Assembly: GCA_902801525.1 (NCBI GenBank)
Contig: CADCIN010000001.1
Coordinates: 34,583-98,582 of the forward strand
Direction: 5' to 3'
Source of the DNA: an uncultured Erysipelotrichaceae bacterium
GTDB taxonomy: Bacteria; Bacillota_I; Bacilli_A; RF39; UBA660
DNA length: 64,000 nucleotides
Under the pieces are notes generated by a model. It worked only from the letters and a program-made list of their open reading frames with translations. It searched no databases and was not told the DNA's origin. Of the stretch, positions 10,401 to 18,466 are shown piece after piece; position 1 is the stretch's first letter, and each line of letters begins with the position of its first letter. The position numbers and the translations under genes were made by a program.

Positions 10401-12036
10401 TATCATTTGTATTGATACTGTTTGGTGAAACTCTTTCATATAAAACTTTTTCTAAATTTAAAGATATCTCTTTAGCTTCATCTAAGTTAGTTGCATAATA
10501 TCTAATTGACTTATCATTGCTAAAGCAATGAGGCAGTATTCTTAAATAACTCCAATTTGATTCGTTCATTTCATTTGTTAATAAAACAATTTTTAAGTCA
10601 TCATAACTATGAAATGTCATCATTTGAAGAATAAGTCCATCTATAAATTTTTGCTTATTCATTCCTGTACCAATTATACCTACTATTCTTTTATTAATAA
10701 ATGATAAAGATATTGGTACATCAACTAAAGTTCTTGATTCTGCACCTAATTTATATACTTCCTCTAATAAATTATCTGTATATAGTGAAAATTTTTTTTC
10801 TGGAAATTTTACATTTCCTTGTAGTTCTGTACTTCCTATACCTAATCTTAAATCCAAAAAATCTTCTTGGTCAATTTCTCGTTCCCATAAATTTCTTTTT
10901 TTGTTTAAAACTATGTTTTTTGTTTCATTAAGTGGCAAATAATTATCAATTAGTATTTGTCTTTGAATTTTCATTTCATAATTTATTTTTTGTCTTTTTT
11001 CTTCTATATATGCACTATATTTTTCTTGTCTTAATTTTTCTAATTTTTTTTGTTGTCTATTTTGATAAGCTTTTGCTATTAATGGCCATAATAATGTTGA
11101 TAATAACATAGATCCACACATTATTAAACCAGGTAAACTTTCTTTAACAGTTCTTGAACCATCCATTAATCCAGATATAGATGAATATCCCATACTTACT
11201 GACATCATTGACATTGTAAGCATTGGACCTATTGTCATAATTAATGGTTGTTTTTCAGTAATTTGTTTTGCAGGGGGGTCATCAATTATTATATTTACTG
11301 GTTCAATTTTTGTTTTAAATCTTGGAGATCTAAAGAAATAATCATCTTCTTTAAAAAATTCTTTTCCTTCTTCATCAGGATTATCTTTTTCTACTTGTGT
11401 TTGAATACTAGGTTGTTCAATTGTGAATGTATTGCTGTCAAAAGTAATTAAGTTTGAAATATTATTTACAATAATTGAACCATTTAATAATATTATTTTT
11501 AAACCTAATATAAATATTATATCTCCATATTCTAGATCTTTTTCTAATACAGCTATATTATTTACATATGTACCATATTGACTATTCATGTCTGTTATAT
11601 GCCATCTATTATTGTTGTAAGTTAATCTTGCTTGTGTTTTTGTAACCAATGGATATCCATAATTTATTTGATTACTAGGTCCATTACCTATTAATATTTC
11701 ACCTGATTGCTTTAATTTTAATCTACTAATTTGTGGATCTATAGTTGGTGAACAATAAAGGATGACGTATTCATTTTCAGTACTTATTTTTAAAAAATAG
11801 ATGCTATACTCTGATAAATATGCATAATCAATTTCTTTATCTCCTGACATAATCTTAGTTTCAAAGTCGCTTTTAATTTTCCATCTGCCTTCTGATTCTT
11901 CAACGTTAATTAAATTACGTACATTTCCTAGGCTATCATTATCAGTAATCCAATAATTACCTTCAACTTTATTTGGAAGAGTAAAATTATATATTTTTGT
12001 TCTTTTTATTAATCTTACAATCACTCTTCTCACCAT
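7456..12036 (-). CDS. essC: type VII secretion FtsK/SpoIIIE-family ATPase EssC/YukB (two N-terminal FHA-like domains, two TM helices, three P-loop domains)
   Basis: 1526 aa; FHA-like N-terminus; TM segment LIMTIGPMLTMSMMSVSMGYSSISGLMDG...LLWPLIAKAY; Walker A motifs GMTGSGKSE and GSTGSGKE with degenerate flanking NTPase domains; size and architecture match EssC. Confidence 0.85.
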   Translation of the reverse strand: MVRRVIVRLIKRTKIYNFTLPNKVEGNYWITDNDSLGNVRNLINVEESEGRWKIKSDFETKIMSGDKEIDYAYLSEYSIYFLKISTENEYVILYCSPTIDPQISRLKLKQSGEILIGNGPSNQINYGYPLVTKTQARLTYNNNRWHITDMNSQYGTYVNNIAVLEKDLEYGDIIFILGLKIILLNGSIIVNNISNLITFDSNTFTIEQPSIQTQVEKDNPDEEGKEFFKEDDYFFRSPRFKTKIEPVNIIIDDPPAKQITEKQPLIMTIGPMLTMSMMSVSMGYSSISGLMDGSRTVKESLPGLIMCGSMLLSTLLWPLIAKAYQNRQQKKLEKLRQEKYSAYIEEKRQKINYEMKIQRQILIDNYLPLNETKNIVLNKKRNLWEREIDQEDFLDLRLGIGSTELQGNVKFPEKKFSLYTDNLLEEVYKLGAESRTLVDVPISLSFINKRIVGIIGTGMNKQKFIDGLILQMMTFHSYDDLKIVLLTNEMNESNWSYLRILPHCFSNDKSIRYYATNLDEAKEISLNLEKVLYERVSPNSINTNDKPGTGDYKEHKPYYMIITDDYKMVRDVEIVKDVVSLEKNVGFSMIAISPRLINLPNECKTFISIGDKKSGVFENELVSNKQKEFIPEIDPNLNIYECCKKLANIPIDIAKAEQNLPTSLSFLEMYNVGMIEQLNILNRWKNNDPTKSLSAPVGVDKSSDLFKLDLHEKFHGPHGLIAGMTGSGKSEFIITYILSMAINYHPYEVSFVLIDYKGGGLTGAFENKETGMVLPHLAGTITNLDTVEMNRSLASIQSELRRRQKMFNIARDSLNESTIDIYKYQSLYRKGLVKEPISHLFIISDEFAELKSQRPEFMDQLISTARIGRSLGVHLILATQKPAGVVNDQIWSNSKFRVCLKVQDNNDSQDMIKRPDAAELKNPGRFFLQVGYNELFALGQAAWAGAQYYPTQKIKKKVDTSVTFIDDVATPVKSLDSKENKVILKSEGEELTNIVKYIVNEAKENSVSIPKLWLDRIPNIIYVDKIKEKYGYKNQRNIINPLIGEYDDPDNQRQAPLTLPLSTEGNTAIYGSTGSGKELMISSIIYSTIISHRSDEVNFYVIDFGAETLKVFDEAPQVGDVLLSTDKDKITNLFKMLNSMIEERKKLFLDYNGSYDFYINHGGKQLPFIVVVVNNTEAFLDTYPEFEDTVTVLTRDCLKYGIAFIFTASTPNGIRYRMKQNFKQNLVLQFNDPNDYMSVINGARRKEPSKAFGRGLVDLDGVFEFQTAYPYKEEKMSEFIKVICERLKSLMKERARKIPVLPEIVDYEYLKNENITIDKLPLGIEKNSLNISSYDFIRNKTNLITGEDISEYEKTIRGITDIISKTNNPTVILDSYNILESIKNDKIFYDNNTCANGVKKIIQIYEDLKTKKASKVICIITGFSNIMNKLSPEDKTKIIKILNDMTSDMYFVLFDTINNIKNFSYDDWFKNTVSINNAIWLGNGLANQFTLKISNPNREISQEVPINFGYVINKSKAELVKFITKE

Positions 12037-12167
12037 CCTATTTTATTCTTTTATTCTCTTTTAATTATAACTTTTTTTTGCAACATTTACAACATAATTT
12101 ATATTTTTGTTTATTTAAAATAACAATTTAGTTTAATATTCATAAAATACAATAGTGAGGTATTTAT

Positions 12168-12944
12168 ATGTTTGATTTTTTTAGTTATTTATCACCTATT
12201 ATGCAGTCCTTAATTTCTACAATATTTACTTGGTTTATGACTATGTTAGGTGCGAGTGTTGTTTTTTTCTTTAAAGATCTAAAAAATAAATTATTAAATT
12301 TATTACTTGGATTTTCTGCTGGAATTATGCTAGCAGCAACTTTTTGGTCTTTATTAAATCCGGCGTTAATTCTTTCTAATAAATTAAAATTATTTAGTTC
12401 ATTCGTTATTTGTATTGGTATTTTATGTGGTTCATTGCTAATTTTCTTAGGAAACTGTATGTGTTTAAAAATTAGTAAAAAGAATATTAATAGATCTTTT
12501 CTTGTTATTTTTTCAATTACACTTCATAATATTCCAGAAGGTCTTGTAATTGGTGTTGCTTTTGGTAGTTTATGTAATTCTAATATTAATTCTGGACTTA
12601 TTTCTGCGATGATACTAGCACTTGGTATCGGACTTCAAAACTTTCCAGAAGGAAGTGCAATAAGTATTCCACTACGTAAAGATGGGTATTCAAATAAAAA
12701 AGCCTTTTTCATAGGCCAATTAAGTGGTATTGTTGAACCAATTTCTGCTGTTATTGGTGCTGCTTTATCTACTACATTTAATTTACTTCTTCCTTTTTTA
12801 CTTTCTTTTGCCGCAGGTGCAATGTTATATGTTATATTCTTAGAAATTATCCCAGAAAGTCAAGCAAGTATGAATAAAAATTTAGTAACACTATTTTCAA
12901 TATTAGGATTCATATTTATGACTCTACTTGATATTTTGTTTTAA
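12168..12944 (+). CDS. zupT: ZIP-family metal cation transporter (ZupT-like)
   Basis: Multi-TM protein with the ZIP signature HNIPEGLVIGVAFG and a second NFPEGSAI motif. Confidence 0.8.
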   Translation: MFDFFSYLSPIMQSLISTIFTWFMTMLGASVVFFFKDLKNKLLNLLLGFSAGIMLAATFWSLLNPALILSNKLKLFSSFVICIGILCGSLLIFLGNCMCLKISKKNINRSFLVIFSITLHNIPEGLVIGVAFGSLCNSNINSGLISAMILALGIGLQNFPEGSAISIPLRKDGYSNKKAFFIGQLSGIVEPISAVIGAALSTTFNLLLPFLLSFAAGAMLYVIFLEIIPESQASMNKNLVTLFSILGFIFMTLLDILF

Positions 12945-13226
12945 CTGTGAATATGATAATAGCTTTTTATCTAATAGCTTGTATATAGTATCGGATCCTA
13001 AAAAGGAAATAAATCCTGCCCAAATAGATTCCGTAATTCTATATTTAGTAAATGTTAAACAAAAGAGGTAACTTGTAAGTAGATTAATCATTAAATTATA
13101 AATTATAATTAGTTTCTTACTTGGTAGAAACTTTTTTGTTTTTTGTACTAATGAGCATGTAAGTGTACTTATTACTAATGATAATTCTAATATCCCTTTA
13201 AAACATTCTATATCTATATATATCAT
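12924..13226 (-). CDS. hypothetical small membrane protein (100 aa)
   Basis: ORF-track ORF with 2-3 hydrophobic segments; no known motif. Confidence 0.3.
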   Translation of the reverse strand: MIYIDIECFKGILELSLVISTLTCSLVQKTKKFLPSKKLIIIYNLMINLLTSYLFCLTFTKYRITESIWAGFISFLGSDTIYKLLDKKLLSYSQLKQNIK

Positions 13227-13249
13227 CTCCTAATAATTTATATGTTTTT

Positions 13250-13283
13250 TTGCACAAAAAAAGTCTTTGGAAATTCCAAAGAC
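13250..13283 (-). terminator. rho-independent terminator downstream of rpsI
   Basis: GTCTTTGG-AAATT-CCAAAGAC perfect 8-bp stem followed by a U-run on the minus-strand RNA. Confidence 0.75.
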
Positions 13284-13294
13284 AAAAACTGTTT

Positions 13295-13720
13295 CTAACG
13301 TTTTGAGAATTGTGGTGCACGACGTGCTTTTTTCAAACCTGGTTTCTTACGTTCTTTCTTACGAGGATCTCTTGTAATAAATCCTGCAGCTTTTAATGCT
13401 TTTCTGAAACTATTTTCAGAGTCAGCTGGTGTTGTTGAGTCATAACTTAATAATGCTCTTGTAATTCCTAAACGGATTGCTCCAGTTTGTCCAGAGAAAC
13501 CTCCTCCAGAAACTTTTGCATCAACATCAAACATTTCTCTTGTATTTGTAGCCTCTAATGGTTGACATAAATCCATTACTAATACTTCATATGGAAGGTA
13601 ATCATTTACATCGTGACCATTAACTGTAATTTTTCCTTTTCCTGGAGTTAATGTAACACGTGCTACACTACTTTTTCTATGTCCAGTTCCAGTATATACA
13701 TTTTTCTTTTCTTTTGCCAT
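13295..13720 (-). CDS. rpsI: 30S ribosomal protein S9
   Basis: C-terminus ...[12 protein letters not shown] and overall S9 sequence. Confidence 0.95.
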   Translation of the reverse strand: MAKEKKNVYTGTGHRKSSVARVTLTPGKGKITVNGHDVNDYLPYEVLVMDLCQPLEATNTREMFDVDAKVSGGGFSGQTGAIRLGITRALLSYDSTTPADSENSFRKALKAAGFITRDPRKKERKKPGLKKARRAPQFSKR

Positions 13721-13730
13721 TGTAACCCTC

Positions 13731-14162
13731 CTACTTCATTTCTAGCACAGTTGGTTTTTGTGCCTCATGTTTATGTTCATTTCCAGCATAAACAAATAAT
13801 TTCTTAGCCATTTGTCTACCTAGTCTGTTGTGTGGAAGCATTCCTTTAACAGCTCTTTCAACCATTTCAATAGGATATTCTTCTCTCATTACTTTTGCAG
13901 TTCTTTCTCTTAATCCACCTGTATACATTGAGTGATTATAATACATTTTGTTTTCTAATTTGTTTCCAGTTAAATTAACTTTTTCTGCATTAATAATAAT
14001 AATGTTATCTCCACAATCAATATGTGGTGTGTAAGTTGGTTTGTTTTTTCCACGTAAGTATGTAGCAGCTAAAGAAGCAACTCTACCTAAAGATTTACCT
14101 TCAGCATCAATAACATACCAATTACGTACTACAGTTTCTTTTTTTTGCATGTAACTTGTCAT
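13731..14162 (-). CDS. rplM: 50S ribosomal protein L13
   Basis: L13 sequence pattern ([19 protein letters not shown]). Confidence 0.95.
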   Translation of the reverse strand: MTSYMQKKETVVRNWYVIDAEGKSLGRVASLAATYLRGKNKPTYTPHIDCGDNIIIINAEKVNLTGNKLENKMYYNHSMYTGGLRERTAKVMREEYPIEMVERAVKGMLPHNRLGRQMAKKLFVYAGNEHKHEAQKPTVLEMK

Positions 14163-14279
14163 ATTTCTTTCTCCTTTTACTTAAATCAGGTCTTCCCACA
14201 ACCCAATTTATGTGGGGATTAATTAATGTACCAATTAAAAGTATACTAAATTATTATGTAAAATGCAATAGTTTTTTTA
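14163..14279 (-). promoter_or_regulatory. rplM-rpsI 5' leader with a hairpin (TCCCACA...TGTGGGGA at 14194-14218); possible L13 autoregulatory leader
   Basis: Imperfect palindrome read directly. L13 leader RNA motifs are described in Bacillota; not verified by covariance model. Confidence 0.3.
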
Positions 14280-15014
14280 TTAATATTCAACATTTTCTAG
14301 ATATAATCCATGTGCTGGTGCTGTTTTTCCATTTTTTGTTCTATCTTTGCTTTCTAAGATTTCTTTTACTTTCTTTGGTGGGATTTTATTTTCCCCAACT
14401 CTTATTAATATTCCTACCATATTTCTTACCTGGTATCTTAGAAATCCACTTCCTCTAAAGGTAATTATTATTATACCATTATTTTTCTTTTCTATATCCA
14501 CATTATAGATTGTTCTAACACAATTATCTTTTTCTTTATTTTCTGTTACAAATGCTCTAAAGTCATGTGTTCCTTTAAAGTATTCAATTGCTTTTTTCAT
14601 ATTTTCGATATCTAACTTGTAGTTATATTGAAATACATATTTTCTTTGCATTGGATTATACTCTCCAACATTTATATAATATTTATATTCTTTTGATTTA
14701 ACATTATATCTTGCATGAAAGTTATCATCTACACTTTTTGTTTCTATAACATGTATATCATCTGGCAAATTACTGTTAAGGGCTCTTTTCAATTTGTATT
14801 CTGTAATGTCAATATCAATATCTGAATGTGCAAATTGACATTTTGCATGTACTCCCTTGTCAGTTCTCCCAGTTGCTACAATTTTGGTTCTTTTTCCATT
14901 ATTTATTTTTGTTAGTGCTTTTTCAAATTCTTCCTCTATTGTTTTCATATTTGGTTGTTTTTGAAAGCCTGAATAGTTGGATCCATCATACGAAAACTTA
15001 ATTAAATATCGCAT
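14280..15014 (-). CDS. truA: tRNA pseudouridine(38-40) synthase TruA
   Basis: MRYLIKFSYDGSNYSGFQKQ...ATGRTDKGVHA. Start chosen at MRYL (the ORF-track start at 15035 extends 7 codons upstream). Confidence 0.9.
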   Translation of the reverse strand: MRYLIKFSYDGSNYSGFQKQPNMKTIEEEFEKALTKINNGKRTKIVATGRTDKGVHAKCQFAHSDIDIDITEYKLKRALNSNLPDDIHVIETKSVDDNFHARYNVKSKEYKYYINVGEYNPMQRKYVFQYNYKLDIENMKKAIEYFKGTHDFRAFVTENKEKDNCVRTIYNVDIEKKNNGIIIITFRGSGFLRYQVRNMVGILIRVGENKIPPKKVKEILESKDRTKNGKTAPAHGLYLENVEY

Positions 15015-15612
15015 ATCTTGTTCCTCCAAAAACAATAATTATTATTAATACTAAAGTTAATTTTACAATATTTCCTATATCATTTTTATCAACTTTTAAT
15101 ATGTTTACATTTTTATTATTATTATTAAAATGTCTTTTATCTAATAATGTGTAAAGTTTGTCTATATTATTTTCAGATTGTAAATAGCTATATTTAACTT
15201 TGAATGCAAGTAGTTTAATTTTTGATCTATATCCTAACTCTTTTGAAACATAAATTAATTTTTTATAATTTTCCACAAAGTACTTCTCGAAGAAAATTAC
15301 TTTTATCCACAATTTTTGTGGATTTTTCTTTCTTATATATATGTAAAAATCTATTAAATTTCTTTCACTATATTTATTTATAATATCAGAAATATATTCA
15401 TAAATTAATAATATATTTATTAATATTGTAATTTTTCCAAATAATAAATTAATTATTCCTAGTATTAGTAGCAATATGTTATATTTATTTTTTTTGCTAA
15501 TAAGAAAATATAAAATAATCATAATTTGTATTATACTGCTCTTTAATAATATCATAGAGATTGTAAATATCAATATATTTAATAATTCTATATATGGATT
15601 TCTTTTATACAT
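14998..15612 (-). CDS. ecfT: short divergent EcfT-like transmembrane protein (204 aa) in the ecfT position; possibly decayed
   Basis: Occupies the ecfA-ecfA'-[ecfT]-truA slot; N- and C-terminal TM helices, but only about 200 aa, with no clear A-R-G coupling motifs; contains an exact DnaA-box palindrome (15303-15323). Confidence 0.4.
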   Translation of the reverse strand: MYKRNPYIELLNILIFTISMILLKSSIIQIMIILYFLISKKNKYNILLLILGIINLLFGKITILINILLIYEYISDIINKYSERNLIDFYIYIRKKNPQKLWIKVIFFEKYFVENYKKLIYVSKELGYRSKIKLLAFKVKYSYLQSENNIDKLYTLLDKRHFNNNNKNVNILKVDKNDIGNIVKLTLVLIIIIVFGGTRYAIFN

Positions 15613-16399
15613 GTTTATAAATATCCTTTATTAAGTCTCTTATATCTCTATGATAATCAATATTTACATTTTTTTCTTTGATTACTTTGTATGTAAATCT
15701 TACAATATCTGGTATTTCAAATTTATTTTTTGTTAGGTAATCTACTCTTTTATAGACTTCTTTTGTATCTCCTGTTAAGAATACTTTATTATTTTTAATA
15801 AATATCATTTTTTTTGTATACTTATATAACATATCACTATCATGACTTGCAATTACTATTGTTTTCTTATAATTTTCTTTTAATTTGTTTATTAGTATAA
15901 GAATTAGTTTTTCATTTTTCTTATCTAAATTTATGAACGGTTCATCTAATAAAATTATATCTGGATTTGTTAATAGACTTACCGCTATTTGGATAAGTTT
16001 TTTTTCTGATGCAGATAAGCTATCTATTTCTTTGTCTAAATATTCTGATTCTAAACCTACTATTTTAAGAGAATCAGTCATTTTCTTTTCTGGAAAATTT
16101 ATCTTTAATCTATAATATTTCATTATAAATAACATATGTTCTCTTACTGTTTTTAAAAATATTTGAGTTTTAAATTCTTGTTCTACTAGGCTTACTTGTC
16201 TTCTAATACTATTTACATTTTTCTTTGTCAATTTAACATCGTCATAATATATTGATCCTTTTGGATAATCAATACAATCAATTAATTTTAGTATTTCTGT
16301 CTTTCCACTCCCTGTTATTCCTGTGATGTACTCACTTTCTATTTTAAAATTAAGCTCTGTAAACTCATTAAATTGTCCACCTTTAAATACTATTTCCAT
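15605..16399 (-). CDS. ecfA2: ECF transporter ATPase component EcfA2
   Basis: Walker A GITGSGKTE, signature-like LSASEKK, Walker B IILLDEPF, H-loop IASHD; conserved position next to rplQ/truA. Confidence 0.75.
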   Translation of the reverse strand: MEIVFKGGQFNEFTELNFKIESEYITGITGSGKTEILKLIDCIDYPKGSIYYDDVKLTKKNVNSIRRQVSLVEQEFKTQIFLKTVREHMLFIMKYYRLKINFPEKKMTDSLKIVGLESEYLDKEIDSLSASEKKLIQIAVSLLTNPDIILLDEPFINLDKKNEKLILILINKLKENYKKTIVIASHDSDMLYKYTKKMIFIKNNKVFLTGDTKEVYKRVDYLTKNKFEIPDIVRFTYKVIKEKNVNIDYHRDIRDLIKDIYKHV

Positions 16400-17187
16400 A
16401 ATTTATTCACCAACTCATCCATATCAAGTCCTATATCGTCTATTAAATCGTAATCTTTTAATTTTACTGATAAATCAACCATAAATGGTAAATTTAAGCC
16501 TATCTTATTTATAGTATTATCTTCTTTTAATATTTGTTTTGGTTTTCCTTCAAGTGCTATTTTACCATTTCTTAAAATGTACAAATAATCACTATCAATT
16601 GTTTCACTTAAGTTATCAGTTGTCATTACTATTGTCATGTTTTCTTCTTCTTTAAAATATTTAATTATATCTAAAATTTCTTTTGTTTCATCTTTAGACA
16701 TCATTGAACAAACATCGTCTAATAATAATATCTTAGGTTTAGCAATGGTTGCTAATGCCATCTCTACTTTGATTCTTAAATTTCTATGTAGATTATTTGG
16801 ATTACACGACATATATTTATTTATTTTGAACACTTTTACAATTTTTCTTAATCTTTTTACTTTATCTTCTGAACTTAATCCTAAATTATCTAAAACAAAT
16901 ACTAATTCATCTTCTACTGTATTAAAGATAAAGTTAATTTCATTAGATGGTATTACCGCTTCTATTTCATTATATATTTCATTATTTGTATAAGATTCTA
17001 GATAAATCTTGTTATATATTATTGAATTGTTAATTTTTATGTCTCGGCTTAATATTTTTAATAATGTAGTCTTACCACATTTATTTGTACCTGAGATAGT
17101 TATAAATTCGTTTTCAGGTATGCTAATTGAAAAATTTTTAAAAATATTTTTATAATTTAGTTTGTCTACTTCAATAATACTGCTCAT
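16390..17187 (-). CDS. ecfA1: ECF transporter ATPase component EcfA1 with degenerate catalytic motifs
   Basis: Walker A GTNKCGKTT is present. The signature motif is replaced (LHRNLRIKVEMA), Walker B reads ILLLDDV (the catalytic E is missing) and the H-loop reads TTDN (no His). Confidence 0.65.
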   Translation of the reverse strand: MSSIIEVDKLNYKNIFKNFSISIPENEFITISGTNKCGKTTLLKILSRDIKINNSIIYNKIYLESYTNNEIYNEIEAVIPSNEINFIFNTVEDELVFVLDNLGLSSEDKVKRLRKIVKVFKINKYMSCNPNNLHRNLRIKVEMALATIAKPKILLLDDVCSMMSKDETKEILDIIKYFKEEENMTIVMTTDNLSETIDSDYLYILRNGKIALEGKPKQILKEDNTINKIGLNLPFMVDLSVKLKDYDLIDDIGLDMDELVNKLWK

Positions 17188-17197
17188 AATTTACTCC

Positions 17198-17950
17198 TTA
17201 TTTTGTCTTTTTCTTCTGCACTTTATATGTCATTCTTAATAATGCTTTATCTGATAAGAATCTTTCGAAAAATTTTGTCATCCTCATCTTAAATCCAGGT
17301 ATAATTAACATTTTTCCTTTAAACATTTCATCTATTGCGTACTTTGCAACATAACTACTTTTTAATGGTTTAATTCCAAATTTTACTCCTGCTACATTAT
17401 TGAAGTTTGTGTTAACTGGTCCAGGGCATAACACTGAGACGTAAATGTTTTTCTTCTTCTTCTTTTCTTCATAATTTATTGCTTCAGTAAGTTGATATAC
17501 ATATGATTTAGTAGCATAATATGTTGACATTAATGGTCCCGGCTGAAATGCTGCTGATGAAGCAACATTTAATATGTAACCGCTATTTCTTTCTTCCATA
17601 TCTTTTAAAATTGATTTAGTTAATATATGTACTGCTTTAATATTTGTATTAATCATTTCAAGATCATTATTTATATCAGTTTCTGTAAAATATCCGAAAT
17701 TTCCAAATCCTGCGTTGTTTATTAATACATCAATATTTTCTCGCTTTATTACGACATATAATTCCTTTATTTTTTGCTCAATGCTTAAATCAGCAACAAT
17801 TATTGTAACTTTAGTGGGTAATTTTTCTTGTAATTCTTCTAATTTTTTTCTATCTCTTGCTACTAATATTAATTCATATTTTTTTGCAGCTAAATACTTA
17901 GCCATATCTAGTCCAATTCCAGAAGATGCACCTGTTATTAATGCTTTCAT
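17198..17950 (-). CDS. short-chain dehydrogenase/reductase (SDR) family oxidoreductase
   Basis: TGASSGIG Rossmann motif and the YxxxK motif (YYATKSY). Confidence 0.85.
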   Translation of the reverse strand: MKALITGASSGIGLDMAKYLAAKKYELILVARDRKKLEELQEKLPTKVTIIVADLSIEQKIKELYVVIKRENIDVLINNAGFGNFGYFTETDINNDLEMINTNIKAVHILTKSILKDMEERNSGYILNVASSAAFQPGPLMSTYYATKSYVYQLTEAINYEEKKKKKNIYVSVLCPGPVNTNFNNVAGVKFGIKPLKSSYVAKYAIDEMFKGKMLIIPGFKMRMTKFFERFLSDKALLRMTYKVQKKKTK

Positions 17951-18029
17951 AATTACACCTCACTTTTTGCTTTTATTATAGCAAATTATCCTTGTATTTT
18001 CTAGGTTTTATGCTAATTTCTTTAGTTTT

Positions 18030-18063
18030 TTCACAAAAAAAAGAAGAAATTACTTTTCTTCTT
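18030..18063 (-). terminator. rho-independent terminator overlapping the end of rplQ
   Basis: AAGAAGAAA-TTACT-TTTCTTCTT stem-loop plus a U-run on the minus strand. Confidence 0.5.
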
Positions 18064-18445
18064 TTTCTACTTTTTTAGTTTCTTTTTTAGCTGGTTTGTT
18101 TTCTTCAACTAATTTTAAAATTACCATTTGAGCGTCATCTCCACGTCTTTCATCTAATTTTAAAATTTGAGTATATCCACCATTACGGTTTTCATAACGT
18201 TTTGCTAAATCATGGAAAACTTTATCAACTAATTTTGTATCGTTGTGTAAGAAAGCTAATGCTTTACGGTAAGATACTAAATCACCTTTTTTACCATAAG
18301 TAATCATTTTATCAATAAACTTACGAGCTTCTTTAGCTCTAGTAACTGTAGTTGTAATGCTTTCGTTTTCAATTACTTGTTTAGTAAGAGTTGCAAGCAT
18401 ACTTCTTCTATGTTTATTGTCTCTACCTAATTTTCTATATGCCAT
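18050..18445 (-). CDS. rplQ: 50S ribosomal protein L17
   Basis: [20 protein letters not shown]... matches L17. Confidence 0.95.
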   Translation of the reverse strand: MAYRKLGRDNKHRRSMLATLTKQVIENESITTTVTRAKEARKFIDKMITYGKKGDLVSYRKALAFLHNDTKLVDKVFHDLAKRYENRNGGYTQILKLDERRGDDAQMVILKLVEENKPAKKETKKVEKEEK

Positions 18446-18466
18446 TATTCTTTTCCTCCCTTAATT

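Noticed and set aside
10701-11451. Plus-strand ORFs of 76 and 67 aa inside essC
   Set aside because: They lie antisense to a strongly supported 1526-aa gene and are made of low-complexity I/L/F-rich sequence typical of spurious ORFs in AT-rich DNA.
14156-14458. 100-aa plus-strand ORF spanning the rplM leader and the truA 3' end
   Set aside because: Antisense to truA and the L13 leader, with a hydrophobic low-complexity translation.
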